Notes: a model not told the origin generated them from the letters alone. Positions 47,406 through 58,686 are shown, numbered from the stretch's first letter. The stretch: DNA of 64,000 bases from an uncultured bacterium (GCA_965552055.1 CBEVQO010000001.1:288001-352000); one strand, 5' to 3'. Made by a program: numbers and translations.

Positions 47406-49558
47406 GGCTCCCTCCTTCTTAATTTAAAATCTACCAATCTTGCTGCAACAGCAAGCAAATGTTTATTCTCTACTTTCATATCTTCTATCATATTTCTGAT
47501 GATTATATCCTGATTTATCTTTACTAGTTTTTCTATCGAATCTTTTATATTTTTCTTTTTTGCTTCGTGTCGCAAATAATATGCGAATCTCCATACCTTT
47601 TTCACATTTATCTTGTTGTGAAGCGAGTCCTCAAGCAATGCTCCGAAGCCCTTTGTTGCCTTTATAATTTTGCGACAAATACGCAATGCATCCTCTTTGC
47701 TTTCAATATCGGAGAGTTTCTCAAGCTCATCTTTTATCTCGTTAAGATACATAAATTCATCGCTGTTAAATATTTCACCCATAACATTTATGTTGTTCTT
47801 CATCTCTATGCTTACACCATTAACTTTTTCGATTTTCTTCTTCCCCTTTGCTTTCTCGAGGCGTTCTTCAGCTATCCTTACTGCTCTTATCACAGGAAAT
47901 TTCTCATCTATAATAGTATAACTGCCACTCATTGTTACATATTTGTTTTTTGCAACAAATTCTTTAAATGTATGTCTCATCTCACACAGTAAATTATAAA
48001 CTTTATCCCATGCACCGAAAAGAAGGGTATCGTCTCCACCGGAGAATACAAGATAAATATTTTCGCTGTATCCCTTATTTTCTCTGATTAATTTCGGGAA
48101 ATATAATGAAAAGAATAAGTGCATCATATTGCTCAATCTCATTCTTTCGAGGAAAGTTGCATCTTTTATTCCTTTAGAGAATATTTTGCCAAGATTATCC
48201 ACATCGCATTTCAATATTCCAAGTGCCTTTATGCCTTCGCTTCCCTGTGCTATTTCATCAAAGTCTTTAATATTGTTATTTGTCATCGGCAAATTCAAAG
48301 GTATGAATTTAAAACCATCGACATCCATCTTTGTATCGTTTATCTCATAATAAATCCCATCTGGACCTTTGCTTTCTGCAAATCCGATATCAAATCCCAA
48401 TTTTTCGAATATCATTTTGTAATTCTGTGCTTCAACATTATTGCACTCTTTTTCGTAAAAATATTTCGCAGTTTTTAATTCATTCGTAAGTTGTTGGAAA
48501 CTTTCGCAGTATTCGCAAATGCCATTTTCTTCTTTCGCTTCCCTGAAATTACATATTTTACATGGCTTTCCCTTAATTTCAACAGAATTAAATATTTCTG
48601 GCAAAATGTCTTTAAACTTCCTGTTCTTATCGCGATTTACTTTTGAGAAAAGTATTTTGTATTTTTCATTTAATTTATCTGGCTGTGATATATCCATTGC
48701 ATTTAATTTTTCCCATGCTATTGCGATATAAATTTCGCCCCGATGCACCTCCCATAATATTTCGTGAATTTGCTTTTTTAAATCTTTTAGCCTATCTTCG
48801 TCCTTTAATCTGGCTATCATCTGGAAATTTGCGCCACCGCAATACAATAGATTGCTGATAGGTAAATTTAAGTTCTTCAGGATGAATTTTGCAATAAACT
48901 CGCATAATAAATCGAGATAAAGTGAGCGTCCTCTTAACGATTTTGCAGCTCCTTTTGATGGAATATCAAAGATAAAATTTTGCACCCCGGAGATATCACC
49001 TGCGATTATTAAACATACATCTTTTTCGGGATTACTTTCAATTTCGTTCAAAACAGATTCGTCTGCACCATACTGGTCGAATATCGCGAGCGCAAGCGAT
49101 GACAAAAGCTTAGATGCTTCAAAAATGGAAACAGATTCAAGGGAAGAATATTGAAGCGGATAAAAGAAGAAATATTTTTCTATAAGGTGCAACAATTTTA
49201 TGAAAGGTTTGTTATAATAAAGGTCTGTATTTTTGATAGCGTTTTGTAAATTATTCCATTCTTTTTGCAATTCCTTTTTGAATTCATCGATGCAATTTAT
49301 TTTTGCTGGATTATTACAAGGTATATTTAATTTAGTTGCGAGGAGTGGTTCTTTATTATGAAATTTTTTGGTATCCTGTTTAAATATTTTTGAGAAGATG
49401 GAGAGGCAATTTTCGATTTGTGTTTTTTGTTTATTTTTGAAAATAAGGTTATATGCTATTTTAACGGGAGGAGCATTGAAAGGCAGATTGAGGTTCAAAT
49501 TGGAGATTTCATTTACGGGATACAAAAGAGCACCGAGATATAGCTCGGTTCTCCTCAT
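47402..49558 (-). CDS. cas10: Cas10/Csm1 with degenerate HD domain
   Basis: GDISGVQNFIF, KSLRGRS, CKIC/CEYC zinc finger, DVDNLG, SGGDD; GALLYP where GALLHD is expected. Confidence 0.95.
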   Translation of the reverse strand: MRRTELYLGALLYPVNEISNLNLNLPFNAPPVKIAYNLIFKNKQKTQIENCLSIFSKIFKQDTKKFHNKEPLLATKLNIPCNNPAKINCIDEFKKELQKEWNNLQNAIKNTDLYYNKPFIKLLHLIEKYFFFYPLQYSSLESVSIFEASKLLSSLALAIFDQYGADESVLNEIESNPEKDVCLIIAGDISGVQNFIFDIPSKGAAKSLRGRSLYLDLLCEFIAKFILKNLNLPISNLLYCGGANFQMIARLKDEDRLKDLKKQIHEILWEVHRGEIYIAIAWEKLNAMDISQPDKLNEKYKILFSKVNRDKNRKFKDILPEIFNSVEIKGKPCKICNFREAKEENGICEYCESFQQLTNELKTAKYFYEKECNNVEAQNYKMIFEKLGFDIGFAESKGPDGIYYEINDTKMDVDGFKFIPLNLPMTNNNIKDFDEIAQGSEGIKALGILKCDVDNLGKIFSKGIKDATFLERMRLSNMMHLFFSLYFPKLIRENKGYSENIYLVFSGGDDTLLFGAWDKVYNLLCEMRHTFKEFVAKNKYVTMSGSYTIIDEKFPVIRAVRIAEERLEKAKGKKKIEKVNGVSIEMKNNINVMGEIFNSDEFMYLNEIKDELEKLSDIESKEDALRICRKIIKATKGFGALLEDSLHNKINVKKVWRFAYYLRHEAKKKNIKDSIEKLVKINQDIIIRNMIEDMKVENKHLLAVAARLVDFKLRRREP

Positions 49559-49563
49559 TATAA

Positions 49564-49590
49564 ATTATACCTCCTTTTCCAGCATGTCAA
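49564..49590 (-). promoter_or_regulatory. cas operon promoter TTGACA-N15-TATAAT
   Basis: TGTCAA 49585-49590, ATTATA 49564-49569; cas10 ATG 5 nt downstream. Confidence 0.7.
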
Positions 49591-49703
49591 GAATTTTTTC
49601 AAAAAATTTTTCATCTCATTATTATATACGAGTGAGAGTGCAAAAATGTGACAAAAAATTTTCAAAAATTTCAAAAGAACAGGATTCGATGACAAAACTT
49701 AAA

Positions 49704-49733
49704 GTCCCAATCCCTTATAAATGGACTCAAAAC
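49704..49733 (-). repeat. Highly degenerate trailer CRISPR repeat
   Basis: GTCCCAATCCCTTATAAATGGACTCAAAAC, 23/30 identical to consensus; only 8 nt from the next repeat. Confidence 0.75.
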
Positions 49734-49741
49734 CTAAACAA

Positions 49742-52266
49742 GTTTCAATCCCTTATAGCAGGCTCGAAACTATCCGAGAGATTGCTTGGAAGTGTGGTGG
49801 TATGCTTTAAAGTTTCAATCCCTTATAGGTAGGCTCGAAACAGGTAAATAAAAGGAGGCGACTATGAACTTAAAAAATTTGTTTCAATCCCTTATAGGTA
49901 GGCTCGAAACATATTCGATTGGATATGATGTTGTCATAGCTCGACAAAGTTTCAATCCCTTATAGGTAGGCTCGAAACTTTCTTATCGGATTATTGGTTT
50001 ATTGGCTTTTATCAAGTTTCAATCCCTTATAGGTAGGCTCGAAACTTTTACTCGCCTCGCCAATTCGCAGTCGATTTAGATGTTTCAATCCCTTATAGGT
50101 AGGCTCGAAACTACCCATCTGGGAGAGGAAACGCTTGAAGAAGATTTGTTTCAATCCCTTATAGGTAGGCTCGAAACCAAGACCAAGTTGTCCTCGCCAC
50201 GCTCCACACTTCTTAGTTTCAATCCCTTATAGGTAGGCTCGAAACTTTGACATCGATTTCTGCCTTTTTGATGATTTTGTCGTTTCAATCCCTTATAGGT
50301 AGGCTCGAAACGAGATACTCAGGGAAGAATAATAGGAGCAAAGTCTCGTTTCAATCCCTTATAGGTAGGCTCGAAACCTTAAATTTAATGGTAGGAACAT
50401 TAAGAAGTATATAAGTTTCAATCCCTTATAGGTAGGCTCGAAACCGGCCGTGAAGCGTATCATGGATGACCTCGTGCCTTACGTTTCAATCCCTTATAGG
50501 TAGGCTCGAAACGCTGAAAAGCCCCGTTGAAGGTGACATCAGAGAAGGTGTGTTTCAATCCCTTATAGGTAGGCTCGAAACCTAAATGGAGCAAAGCCAG
50601 CCTCGTAATCGGGCTGTGGTTTCAATCCCTTATAGGTAGGCTCGAAACTCTTGTGGCGTGAATGTATCTCTGACATAATATTCATCGTTTCAATCCCTTA
50701 TAGGTAGGCTCGAAACTATGCTTGTGACGAGTTTGAAAGACAATTCCCTTACAGGTGTTTCAATCCCTTATAGGTAGGCTCGAAACGAATTACTATACAG
50801 GCGGAATACAGAATAATGCATTAGTTTCAATCCCTTATAGGTAGGCTCGAAACTTAGCAGGTGCAACGGCAACAGGCACCGCAGGTGTTATAGTTTCAAT
50901 CCCTTATAGGTAGGCTCGAAACTCCGTTAGTCTGCAAAGGCATGAACGCAGATTTTGAGTTTCAATCCCTTATAGGTAGGCTCGAAACTCGCTTTTTCGA
51001 CATTTACCAGGTCAAAATTTTCGATGTTTCAATCCCTTATAGGTAGGCTCGAAACTTTTATATTAAAAAGTATAATTTAAATATTAATCCTGTGTTTCAA
51101 TCCCTTATAGGTAGGCTCGAAACGGGATAGGTATATAGCCACACTTCCTTATTTCCCCATGTTTCAATCCCTTATAGGTAGGCTCGAAACGGATAGGAAA
51201 GCGGCGCCGTTGATTTTCAAAAAGGAGTTTCAATCCCTTATAGGTAGGCTCGAAACGATCCTCGATTCGATCATTTTCGTGTCCGCAAATGGTTTCAATC
51301 CCTTATAGGTAGGCTCGAAACTGGAGGTGGTATGTTGAAGTTGTTTTTAAAAGAACAATGTTTCAATCCCTTATAGGTAGGCTCGAAACGTTAATGAGGA
51401 GGATTGATGTATCGATTGTTGACATATGTTTCAATCCCTTATAGGTAGGCTCGAAACATCAATTTTAAGAGATTTGCCTGGTGGTCCAATAGGCCTTTCA
51501 ATCCCTTATAGGTAGGCTCGAAACGAGTTTTATATTAAATGCACAAAATGCAATAAAATACTTTCAATCCCTTATAGGTAGGCTCGAAACTGTCGAAGCC
51601 TCTTCTTCTTGTTGAAGTTGATGAAATTTCTTTCAATCCCTTATAGGTAGGCTCGAAACGGGAAAAATATCGTCAGTATTTGCGTGCTAATGTCGTTCTT
51701 TCAATCCCTTATAGGTAGGCTCGAAACAAAATTTTCAAAAGAAGAAATTGAACTTGCTAAAAACTTTCAATCCCTTATAGGTAGGCTCGAAACTAGATTT
51801 GCCATCATCTTCGGGCAGGGGACTCAATGTCTTTCAATCCCTTATAGGTAGGCTCGAAACGAAAATTGAGGAGATTGAATGGAGTGAGAAAGAATTCTTT
51901 CAATCCCTTATAGGTAGGCTCGAAACCTATTAAGAGGTTTAGGTAGTTTGGTTTGTAATCGTTCTTTCAATCCCTTATAGGTAGGCTCGAAACATTCCAT
52001 GCGTCTGCTTCTTCACGAGTAGTGTTGCCAACTTTCAATCCCTTATAGGTAGGCTCGAAACGTGGTTTTACAGGTGGAATACATGATATAATCGAAGCTT
52101 TCAATCCCTTATAGGTAGGCTCGAAACAGAGTGGATAGAGGAATTCTTTGCCGAACCTGTATTAACTTTCAATCCCTTATAGGTAGGCTCGAAACGAAAC
52201 AGCGAAGAATTGTATTACGATGGGCATAGGATAACGCTTTCAATCCCTTATAGGTAGGCTCGAAAC
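49742..52266 (-). CRISPR. CRISPR array, 38 repeats and 37 spacers; repeat in crRNA sense GTTTCGAGCCTACCTATAAGGGATTGAAAC/G
   Basis: 30-bp direct repeats with ~35-41 bp unique spacers; degenerate copies at left end, leader at right, ATTGAAAN 3' end indicates minus-strand transcription. Confidence 0.98.
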
Positions 52267-52400
52267 CCGTTTTTCAAAGAGCTCTTTTTCATTATTTTAT
52301 AATGATTTTCGTAGATTGTCAAGCTCATTTTTTGAAAAAATTCTGTGTCGACCCCCGATAGCCCCGGAACCCCAGGGGATCGACAATCCGCTTCACTACA
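52267..52400 (-). promoter_or_regulatory. CRISPR leader with promoter match and inverted repeat
   Basis: AT-rich; TTGACA on minus at 52317-52322 with -10 candidates at 52294-52301; inverted repeat GTCGACCCCC...GGGGATCGAC 52347-52384. Confidence 0.7.
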
Positions 52401-52610
52401 TTATTTCCTATCCCTTTCCGGGTATCCCTCCGAGACGATAAATCACCTCTTCTTTCACACCACATTCTTTACAAACTTTTAAATCCCTTTTTAACTCATC
52501 GAAACTCAATTGCGGCTCCAACCTTGAAATATTTCTTAAATTATGTAATGTAAGAATGTCAAGGGTAAAATGAAAAAAGTGGATTTTTATGAATTCAATA
52601 ATTTTTCAGC

Positions 52611-52637
52611 TTGACAATTTGGGATTTGGGATAAAAT
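52611..52637 (+). promoter_or_regulatory. tRNA promoter TTGACA-N15-TAAAAT
   Basis: Hexamers 52611-52616 and 52632-52637, 8 nt before tRNA-Phe. Confidence 0.7.
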
Positions 52638-52645
52638 ATAGGAGA

Positions 52646-52717
52646 GCCGAGGTAGCTCAGTGGTAGAGCGTGGGACTGAAAATCCCAGCGTCGGTGGTTC
52701 GATTCCACCCCTCGGCA
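52646..52717 (+). tRNA. tRNA-Phe(GAA)
   Basis: Acceptor GCCGAGG/CCTCGGC, anticodon loop CTGAAAA, T-loop GGTTCGATTCC; no encoded CCA. Confidence 0.95.
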
Positions 52718-52718
52718 T

Positions 52719-52790
52719 GCCGGCGTAGCTCAGCGGTAGAGCGGCGGTTTCGTAAACCGCAGGCCAGGGGTTCGAATCCCCTCGTCGGCT
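52719..52790 (+). tRNA. tRNA-Thr(CGT)
   Basis: Acceptor GCCGGCG/CGTCGGC, anticodon arm GCGGT-TTCGTAA-ACCGC, GGTTCGAATCC; no encoded CCA. Confidence 0.95.
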
Positions 52791-52802
52791 AATTTTTATT
52801 TT

Positions 52803-53561
52803 ATGAAAGCATTTGCACTTATTGGAAGTCCGAGAGTAGGCAATACCTTTAAATTGTGTGAAATTTTCCTTAAAAAATTACAAGAAAAAATCCCAATAGA
52901 ATACGAGATTAAAAGGATTGAGGACTTTAAAATTGAGTATTGTAAAGGTTGCGGCAACTGCATAGCGGGTAAAAATTGTCCTATTAACGACGATTTCAAA
53001 GAAGTCATTAATAAAATCAAATCTTCGGATTTATTTATATTTGCATCTCCTGTTTATGCTGAAAATGTAAGTGCTCAGACGAAAACTTTTATTGATAGAA
53101 ATTGTGGCAATTTCCATTTTCCTCCTTTTTGCGGTAAATACGCGATTGTGGCGTCAACCACAGCTGCTCATGGCTTATCCACTGTTTTGAAAATATTAAG
53201 AGCAAGTGTTGTGTGTTGGGGGATGAGTTGCATAGGTGAATTATCTGCAATATTTTGGGGAAATAAAATGAAAGACGAAGAAAAAGTTAAAAGAGAGATA
53301 GACAAATTGGCAAATAAAGTTGCGAGGATTTTAAAAGGAGAAGAAATATTTTCACCATCTTCATTTGACCTTATGATTTTTGAATCAATGAAAAAAGAAG
53401 CGTTTTATTCAAAATACTGGAATAAAGCAGAGTATAATTTCTGGAAAGAGAAAGGATTATTTAACCAAAAATATTATTCAAAGGATGTAAAAATAAATTT
53501 CCACAGGGTTTTACTTGCGAAATTTTTAATCTCTCTTTATTATAGCTTTGGGAGGATATAA
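52803..53561 (+). CDS. Flavodoxin-fold iron-sulfur flavoprotein / NADPH-dependent FMN reductase family
   Basis: GSPR.GNT, CKGCGNC....C, ASPVY, KTFIDR. Confidence 0.85.
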   Translation: MKAFALIGSPRVGNTFKLCEIFLKKLQEKIPIEYEIKRIEDFKIEYCKGCGNCIAGKNCPINDDFKEVINKIKSSDLFIFASPVYAENVSAQTKTFIDRNCGNFHFPPFCGKYAIVASTTAAHGLSTVLKILRASVVCWGMSCIGELSAIFWGNKMKDEEKVKREIDKLANKVARILKGEEIFSPSSFDLMIFESMKKEAFYSKYWNKAEYNFWKEKGLFNQKYYSKDVKINFHRVLLAKFLISLYYSFGRI

Positions 53562-53587
53562 ATATGCCATGGTGATAAAAAAGGGGG

Positions 53588-56500
53588 ATGATGCGTGTGT
53601 TGTTGTTATTTTTTATTATAGGCGGGTTATATTCGGTTGGTTCAGCGGATACTATTACGGTAATAGACGGCGGTAAGGAGGCAAATTATCATGTCTCCGA
53701 TAATTTCTACAATTACAGCCTGCTCGAATACATATATCCCAAGGATTCTCTTACATCTGGTATCATAACTCGAATATGGTTTAAGCATAATGATTTTACT
53801 TACACGAAAACCAATCAGGTGATTTATATGGGGCATACGAATAAAAGTCATTTTGAGAGTAAGACCGACTGGATACCTTCAACCGAGTTAACACAGGTTT
53901 ACAGTGGCTCTTTTAATATAACAAATGGATGGGTTGAAATTACTCTGGATAATCCATTTACATATTATGGCTCAAAGAATCTTGTTATTATGATTGATAA
54001 CAATCAGGGGTCTTACCCTGGTAGTGACCGCAGATGGTATTATGAGAGCGGTTATAGTGCTCGATGCCTTGATTATCGCAGTGACGGAACCAACCCTGAC
54101 CCTGCGAATCCACCTGAAGCAAACTATTTACGCGATGAACTGGCGAACTTAAGAATAGAAATCAGTTACCCTGATACAAACATAGGAGTAATTGGATTTG
54201 TTTTCGCATCTTATTATCAAAAAAATTCCACAGATTCTATTGGACTTATTGTAAAGAATTTCGGAAATCATTCTCAAACTAATTTTTATGTATATTATGA
54301 CTTCAAAAGCGACCCGGGACGAGATTCCATGCAATATACATCGACACTGGCTCCTCAATCGGTTGATACAGTATTTATAGAATGGACTCCACAAACAGCA
54401 GGTGAGGACACTGTTTTTGGCTGGACTGAACTCGATGGCGATACATGGGTTCATGATGATACTTCAAAGAGCTGGATAAAGATTTTAGATGAAGGCGTAT
54501 TTGTGGATGAAGGATTTGAGAGAACGACTTTCCCGCCCACTGGCTGGACAACCCAAATAGTGAATAACACTGGATGGACCGACCCGGAATGGACAAGGGA
54601 AACATCAGGCAGTAGTCCATCCTGTTCGCCTCATAGTGGTGTAGCTATGGCAAAATTTAACTCCTATTCCTGTGACGATGGCGATGAAATGAGACTCATT
54701 ACTTATAGTTTTGATTTAAGCAGTGTATCCAGTTGTAGTCTGACTTTCTGGTGGTTTCACTGGTATAGCAATTCATTTTACAGAGATTCATTAATCATTG
54801 AGATTGACACAAATTCCAGTGGTAGTTGGATATGTTTAGATAGATTTCAGGCAGGAACTAAAGGTTCTGGTACAAACAGCTGGAAGAAGCGAGGAATTGA
54901 CATCAGCTCTTATTGGACACAAGAAAGTGCGTATCGCGATAACAGGTAAAAGCGATTACGATTATAACATCTATATTGATGATGTTAAGGTATTTAAGGT
55001 AGAAGTATTTAATAATGATGTTGGTATCATAGGATTTGTTAAGTCACAAAATTACATGGTGGGCAAATCCGATTCAATTGGACTTATAATAAAGAACTTC
55101 GGGAATAATTCCCAAAATGATTTCTGGGTGCACTACGATTTAAAAATTGACCCAGGTAGGGATTCTCTTCATTACACATCTACATTGAATTCTCAACAAA
55201 TTGATACAGTATTTATTGACTGGACGCCTCAGACTGCTGGTAGCGATTCTATTATAGGCTGGACAGTATTATCCGGGGATGAAAATACAGGGAATGATAC
55301 ATCAAAAACTTCTGTCAATATCCTTGAATCGGGAACTATACTGACAGAAGGATTTGAGAGCTCCACCTTTCCACCTGAAGGCTGGTGTATGTTTGGCTGG
55401 GATGAAGGAGTAGAGGTTGATGACCCCTGGCAGCGCTCTGATTTTAATCCACATGGTGGTGGATGGTGTGCCCGCACCAAATATGATATGAGTGGTGGCA
55501 CAGATTACTGGCTTGTATCTAAAAGAATTGACCTATCTGGATATGACATTATAACACTTAAATTCTACCATATACCGAAATATAACGATAACGCAAATTA
55601 TCTTAAAATAACAACACAGGCTGACTCAATGGATACAAGTGCATACACTATTCTACATACATTCTATGATAAAGGTACTGATTGGGAGTTATTTGAAATC
55701 GACTTATCAGATTATGCTGGTTGCACAATCTTTATTGCATGGAATGCAAAAGAAGAAAATGATTACGAGTACTGGTATCTTGATGATATTACGATAATTG
55801 CAGAGACAAGCCTTACTCATGATATAAAAATGGTTTCGATAATATCGCCACCTAAATTTGTAATGGAGCAAACTCCTTATATCCCGCGTGCAAAAATCAA
55901 AAATATAGGGAAAAATACAGAGACATTCAAAATCTTTTGTAAAGTTGACTCTTCAGGACATACGATTTTCAAAGACAGCGTTCAGGTCAATAATCTCAAA
56001 CCAGATTCCACAAAGGTTGTGAATTTCAGTTCATGGACACCTGCATCCGATGGAAATACTTATACACTTACTTTCTATACTGCATTATCAAATGACGGCG
56101 ATAAAAGCGATGATACTCTTACTTTGTCGGTTAAAGTTGTTAAACGACTACCTGTTGAGGCAATTAATCCTCTTCACTGGCCAAGTTTTATGCGTGATAT
56201 CGCAAATACAGGGAGAACAGATTGCGTTGGACCCGACACAATAGAATCGTATGCCTCATATTCAACTGGTGGAGCCATTCATTCCTCACCTGTTATAGAT
56301 AGTGATGGTACAGTATATTTTGGCTCTGATGACGGATACCTTTATGCGATGCATCCTGACTTATCGGGATATAAATGGAGATACGAGACACCCGGAGAAG
56401 CCATACGCTCAACCCCAGCAATAGACACAAATGGTAATATTTACTTTGGTTCAAACGATAATTACTTTTATTCTTTAGATTCAAATGGTAACTTCCGATG

Positions 56501-57545
56501 GCGTCATCTTTTAGCCAATCTTTATAATGTAGTTCATCCAGCGGTTATAGGAGATGACCAGAAAATATACATTGGAGCTGGCTCTAATTTTTATGCATTT
56601 AATCCAGATGGCTCAATCGCATGGCAACTTACTGCTCCAACAATAGCAGGAGATATCTCTACAGGAGCAGCACTCCGGGATAGCATCGTATATTTTGGCA
56701 CAACCAATGACCACTATCTTTATGCTGTGTGTAATGGCGTAGTCCTGTGGAAAAAACCATTACCAAGAGGAATAAATTCAACTCCTACTCTCAAAGGCGA
56801 TACAATATTTTTTGCATTGAATGATGGCAAACTTTATGCGATAAGGGACACAGGTGAGGGTTACAAGGATTTATGGGCAGTTCGCATAGACCCGCCTAAA
56901 TCTGGCTGGAGCGATGTCTATTATTCTTCACCTGCTGTTGGGTTTGACCACACAATTTATGTTGGAACGCCTTTCAATCATCTTGTGGCTGTATATCCCG
57001 ATGGTGAAATAAAATGGAAATTTAAAGTTCACGGCAAAGTATGGTCGTCACCTGTAGTTGACAGCAACGGCATAATCTATTTTGGCTCTCATGACGATAC
57101 ACTTTATGCCCTTGAAGATTTGGGCTCATGTGCACAGGTAGTATGGAAATTCGGAACAGGAGGCTCAATACGGAGTGCAGCAGCAATAAGAAACCCACTT
57201 TACTTTACATCCTTAGATGGTAAAATCTATTGTATAAATCCACCCAGTGCTGTTAAATTGAAAGAGAAAACCACACAAAAATTGAACGCTTTCTCACTTC
57301 AAGTTTATCCAAATCCTTCCAATAAAGAAATAATCATTCGATATTCCTGTCCTTACTCCTGTGAAGTTTCACTTAAGATATACGATGTATCAGGGAGATT
57401 GGTGAAAACTCTTGTGAATAGCAAAAAGAAGCCTGGCTCTTATATCATAAAATGCGATAATAAGGAATTTCCGTGCGGAATTTATTTTATCAGAATGCAA
57501 GCAGGAGAATTTCGTGCCACCAAAAAATTACTGCTAATACAATAA
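53588..57545 (+). pseudogene. Large secreted multidomain protein (Ig-like and cleaved-adhesin-like repeats, PQQ-like beta-propeller, T9SS-like C-terminal domain), frameshifted near 54910
   Basis: Signal peptide in 53588-54949; EGFE..FPP.GW repeats in both ORFs; SSP..D.DG.VYFGS.D propeller repeats; VYPNP...KIYDVSGRLV...GIYFI tail. Confidence 0.75.
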
Positions 57546-57650
57546 GCATAGAATTGGAATTACTTCGCTCTTTAACAAATTAAGGGGTAAGATGCGAGAA
57601 ACTATTATTATCTTTAAACTTGTGAGTATGTCAATGGTAGTTAAATAACC

Positions 57651-58415
57651 ATGGAGTGGTGGCAAAATTATTTTGATGAGATTTATCTCAAATTATACTC
57701 ACCAAAGGTGGACAATCCCAAAAGGATAAAAAGGGAAGTAGATTTCATAGAAAAAGCATTAAATCTTAAAAAAGATATGAAAATACTTGATTTGGCATGT
57801 GGACAGGGCAGACACGCAATTGAGCTCGCAAAAAGAGGATACAATGTTATTGGATTGGATTATTCTGATTATCTTTTAAATGTGGCAAAGGAGAGAACAA
57901 GGGAAGAAAAAGTAAAAGTAAAATTTGTAAAAGGAGATATGAGAAATTTACCTTTTGAAAATGAATTCGATGCAATCTATAATATGTTTACATCTTTTGG
58001 ATATTTTTCGGATGAGGATAACTTTAAAGTGTTAAAAAGTGTGCACCGGGCACTCAAACCGGGTGGCAAATTCCTTCTCGATATAGTAAACATATTTTGG
58101 CTGATTAAAAATTTTCAGCATAAAATGTGGTTAAAAACTGAAGATTTGATTTGTCTGGAGCAAAATGAATTCAATCCCGTTAATATGCGTTGTACAAACA
58201 AAAGAATAGTATTTGAGAAAGGAAAAGAAATAGACCAAAAGGAACATACAGTAAGATGTTACACTGCTGGCGAAATATCTTTCCTCATGAAACTTGCAAG
58301 ATTAGAGGTCGAAAAAATTTACGGAGATTACGATTTAAATGAATATTCTCTGGATAAAACCAGAATGATTGTCATAGCAAAGAAGAAGAGAAGCGATGAG
58401 AGAAATCGAAATTGA
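57651..58415 (+). CDS. Class I SAM-dependent methyltransferase
   Basis: ILDLACGQGRH, GLDYS, GDMR, FTSFGYF, LKPGG. Confidence 0.92.
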   Translation: MEWWQNYFDEIYLKLYSPKVDNPKRIKREVDFIEKALNLKKDMKILDLACGQGRHAIELAKRGYNVIGLDYSDYLLNVAKERTREEKVKVKFVKGDMRNLPFENEFDAIYNMFTSFGYFSDEDNFKVLKSVHRALKPGGKFLLDIVNIFWLIKNFQHKMWLKTEDLICLEQNEFNPVNMRCTNKRIVFEKGKEIDQKEHTVRCYTAGEISFLMKLARLEVEKIYGDYDLNEYSLDKTRMIVIAKKKRSDERNRN

Positions 58416-58647
58416 TAAATTACAACCATCTCAACTTTATATAGAGAAGGAAAGATTTCAAAAAATTTTTGATGAATTTGACCCTGAAAACTATGAACCT
58501 GTGCCTGTAAATAAAAAAGTTACTTTACATAAAAATAAATGGATTATAATTGACTGGGATATTTCTCATGAGTTTCTTGTACATGAAGATATCATTTTCT
58601 TTTCGTTTCACACTTCAAAAGCGCCAGATAAGAAAATGCTGTGTTAA
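58396..58647 (+). pseudogene. Chimeric gene remnant
   Basis: N-terminal LQPSQLYI..EPVPV (ParB-like start) joined to a segment paralogous to 61769-61850. Confidence 0.45.
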
Positions 58648-58686
58648 AAATGATATAAGGGATACCGGGAATAATTGGAGGTAAAA

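Noticed and set aside
49368..49832. 154-aa plus-strand ORF
   Set aside because: Antisense to cas10 and runs into CRISPR repeats; spurious
50717..50756. Spacer ending CAATTCCCTTACAGGT resembles part of the repeat
   Set aside because: Short gapped match, and the spacer reads as plausible coding sequence; chance cannot be excluded
51728..51763. Possible self-targeting spacer against 24025-24060
   Set aside because: Only 26/36 identity in A-rich sequence; not significant
52646..52790. tRNAs as integration site for the CRISPR or accessory region
   Set aside because: No integrase and no duplicated tRNA 3' end seen in the window
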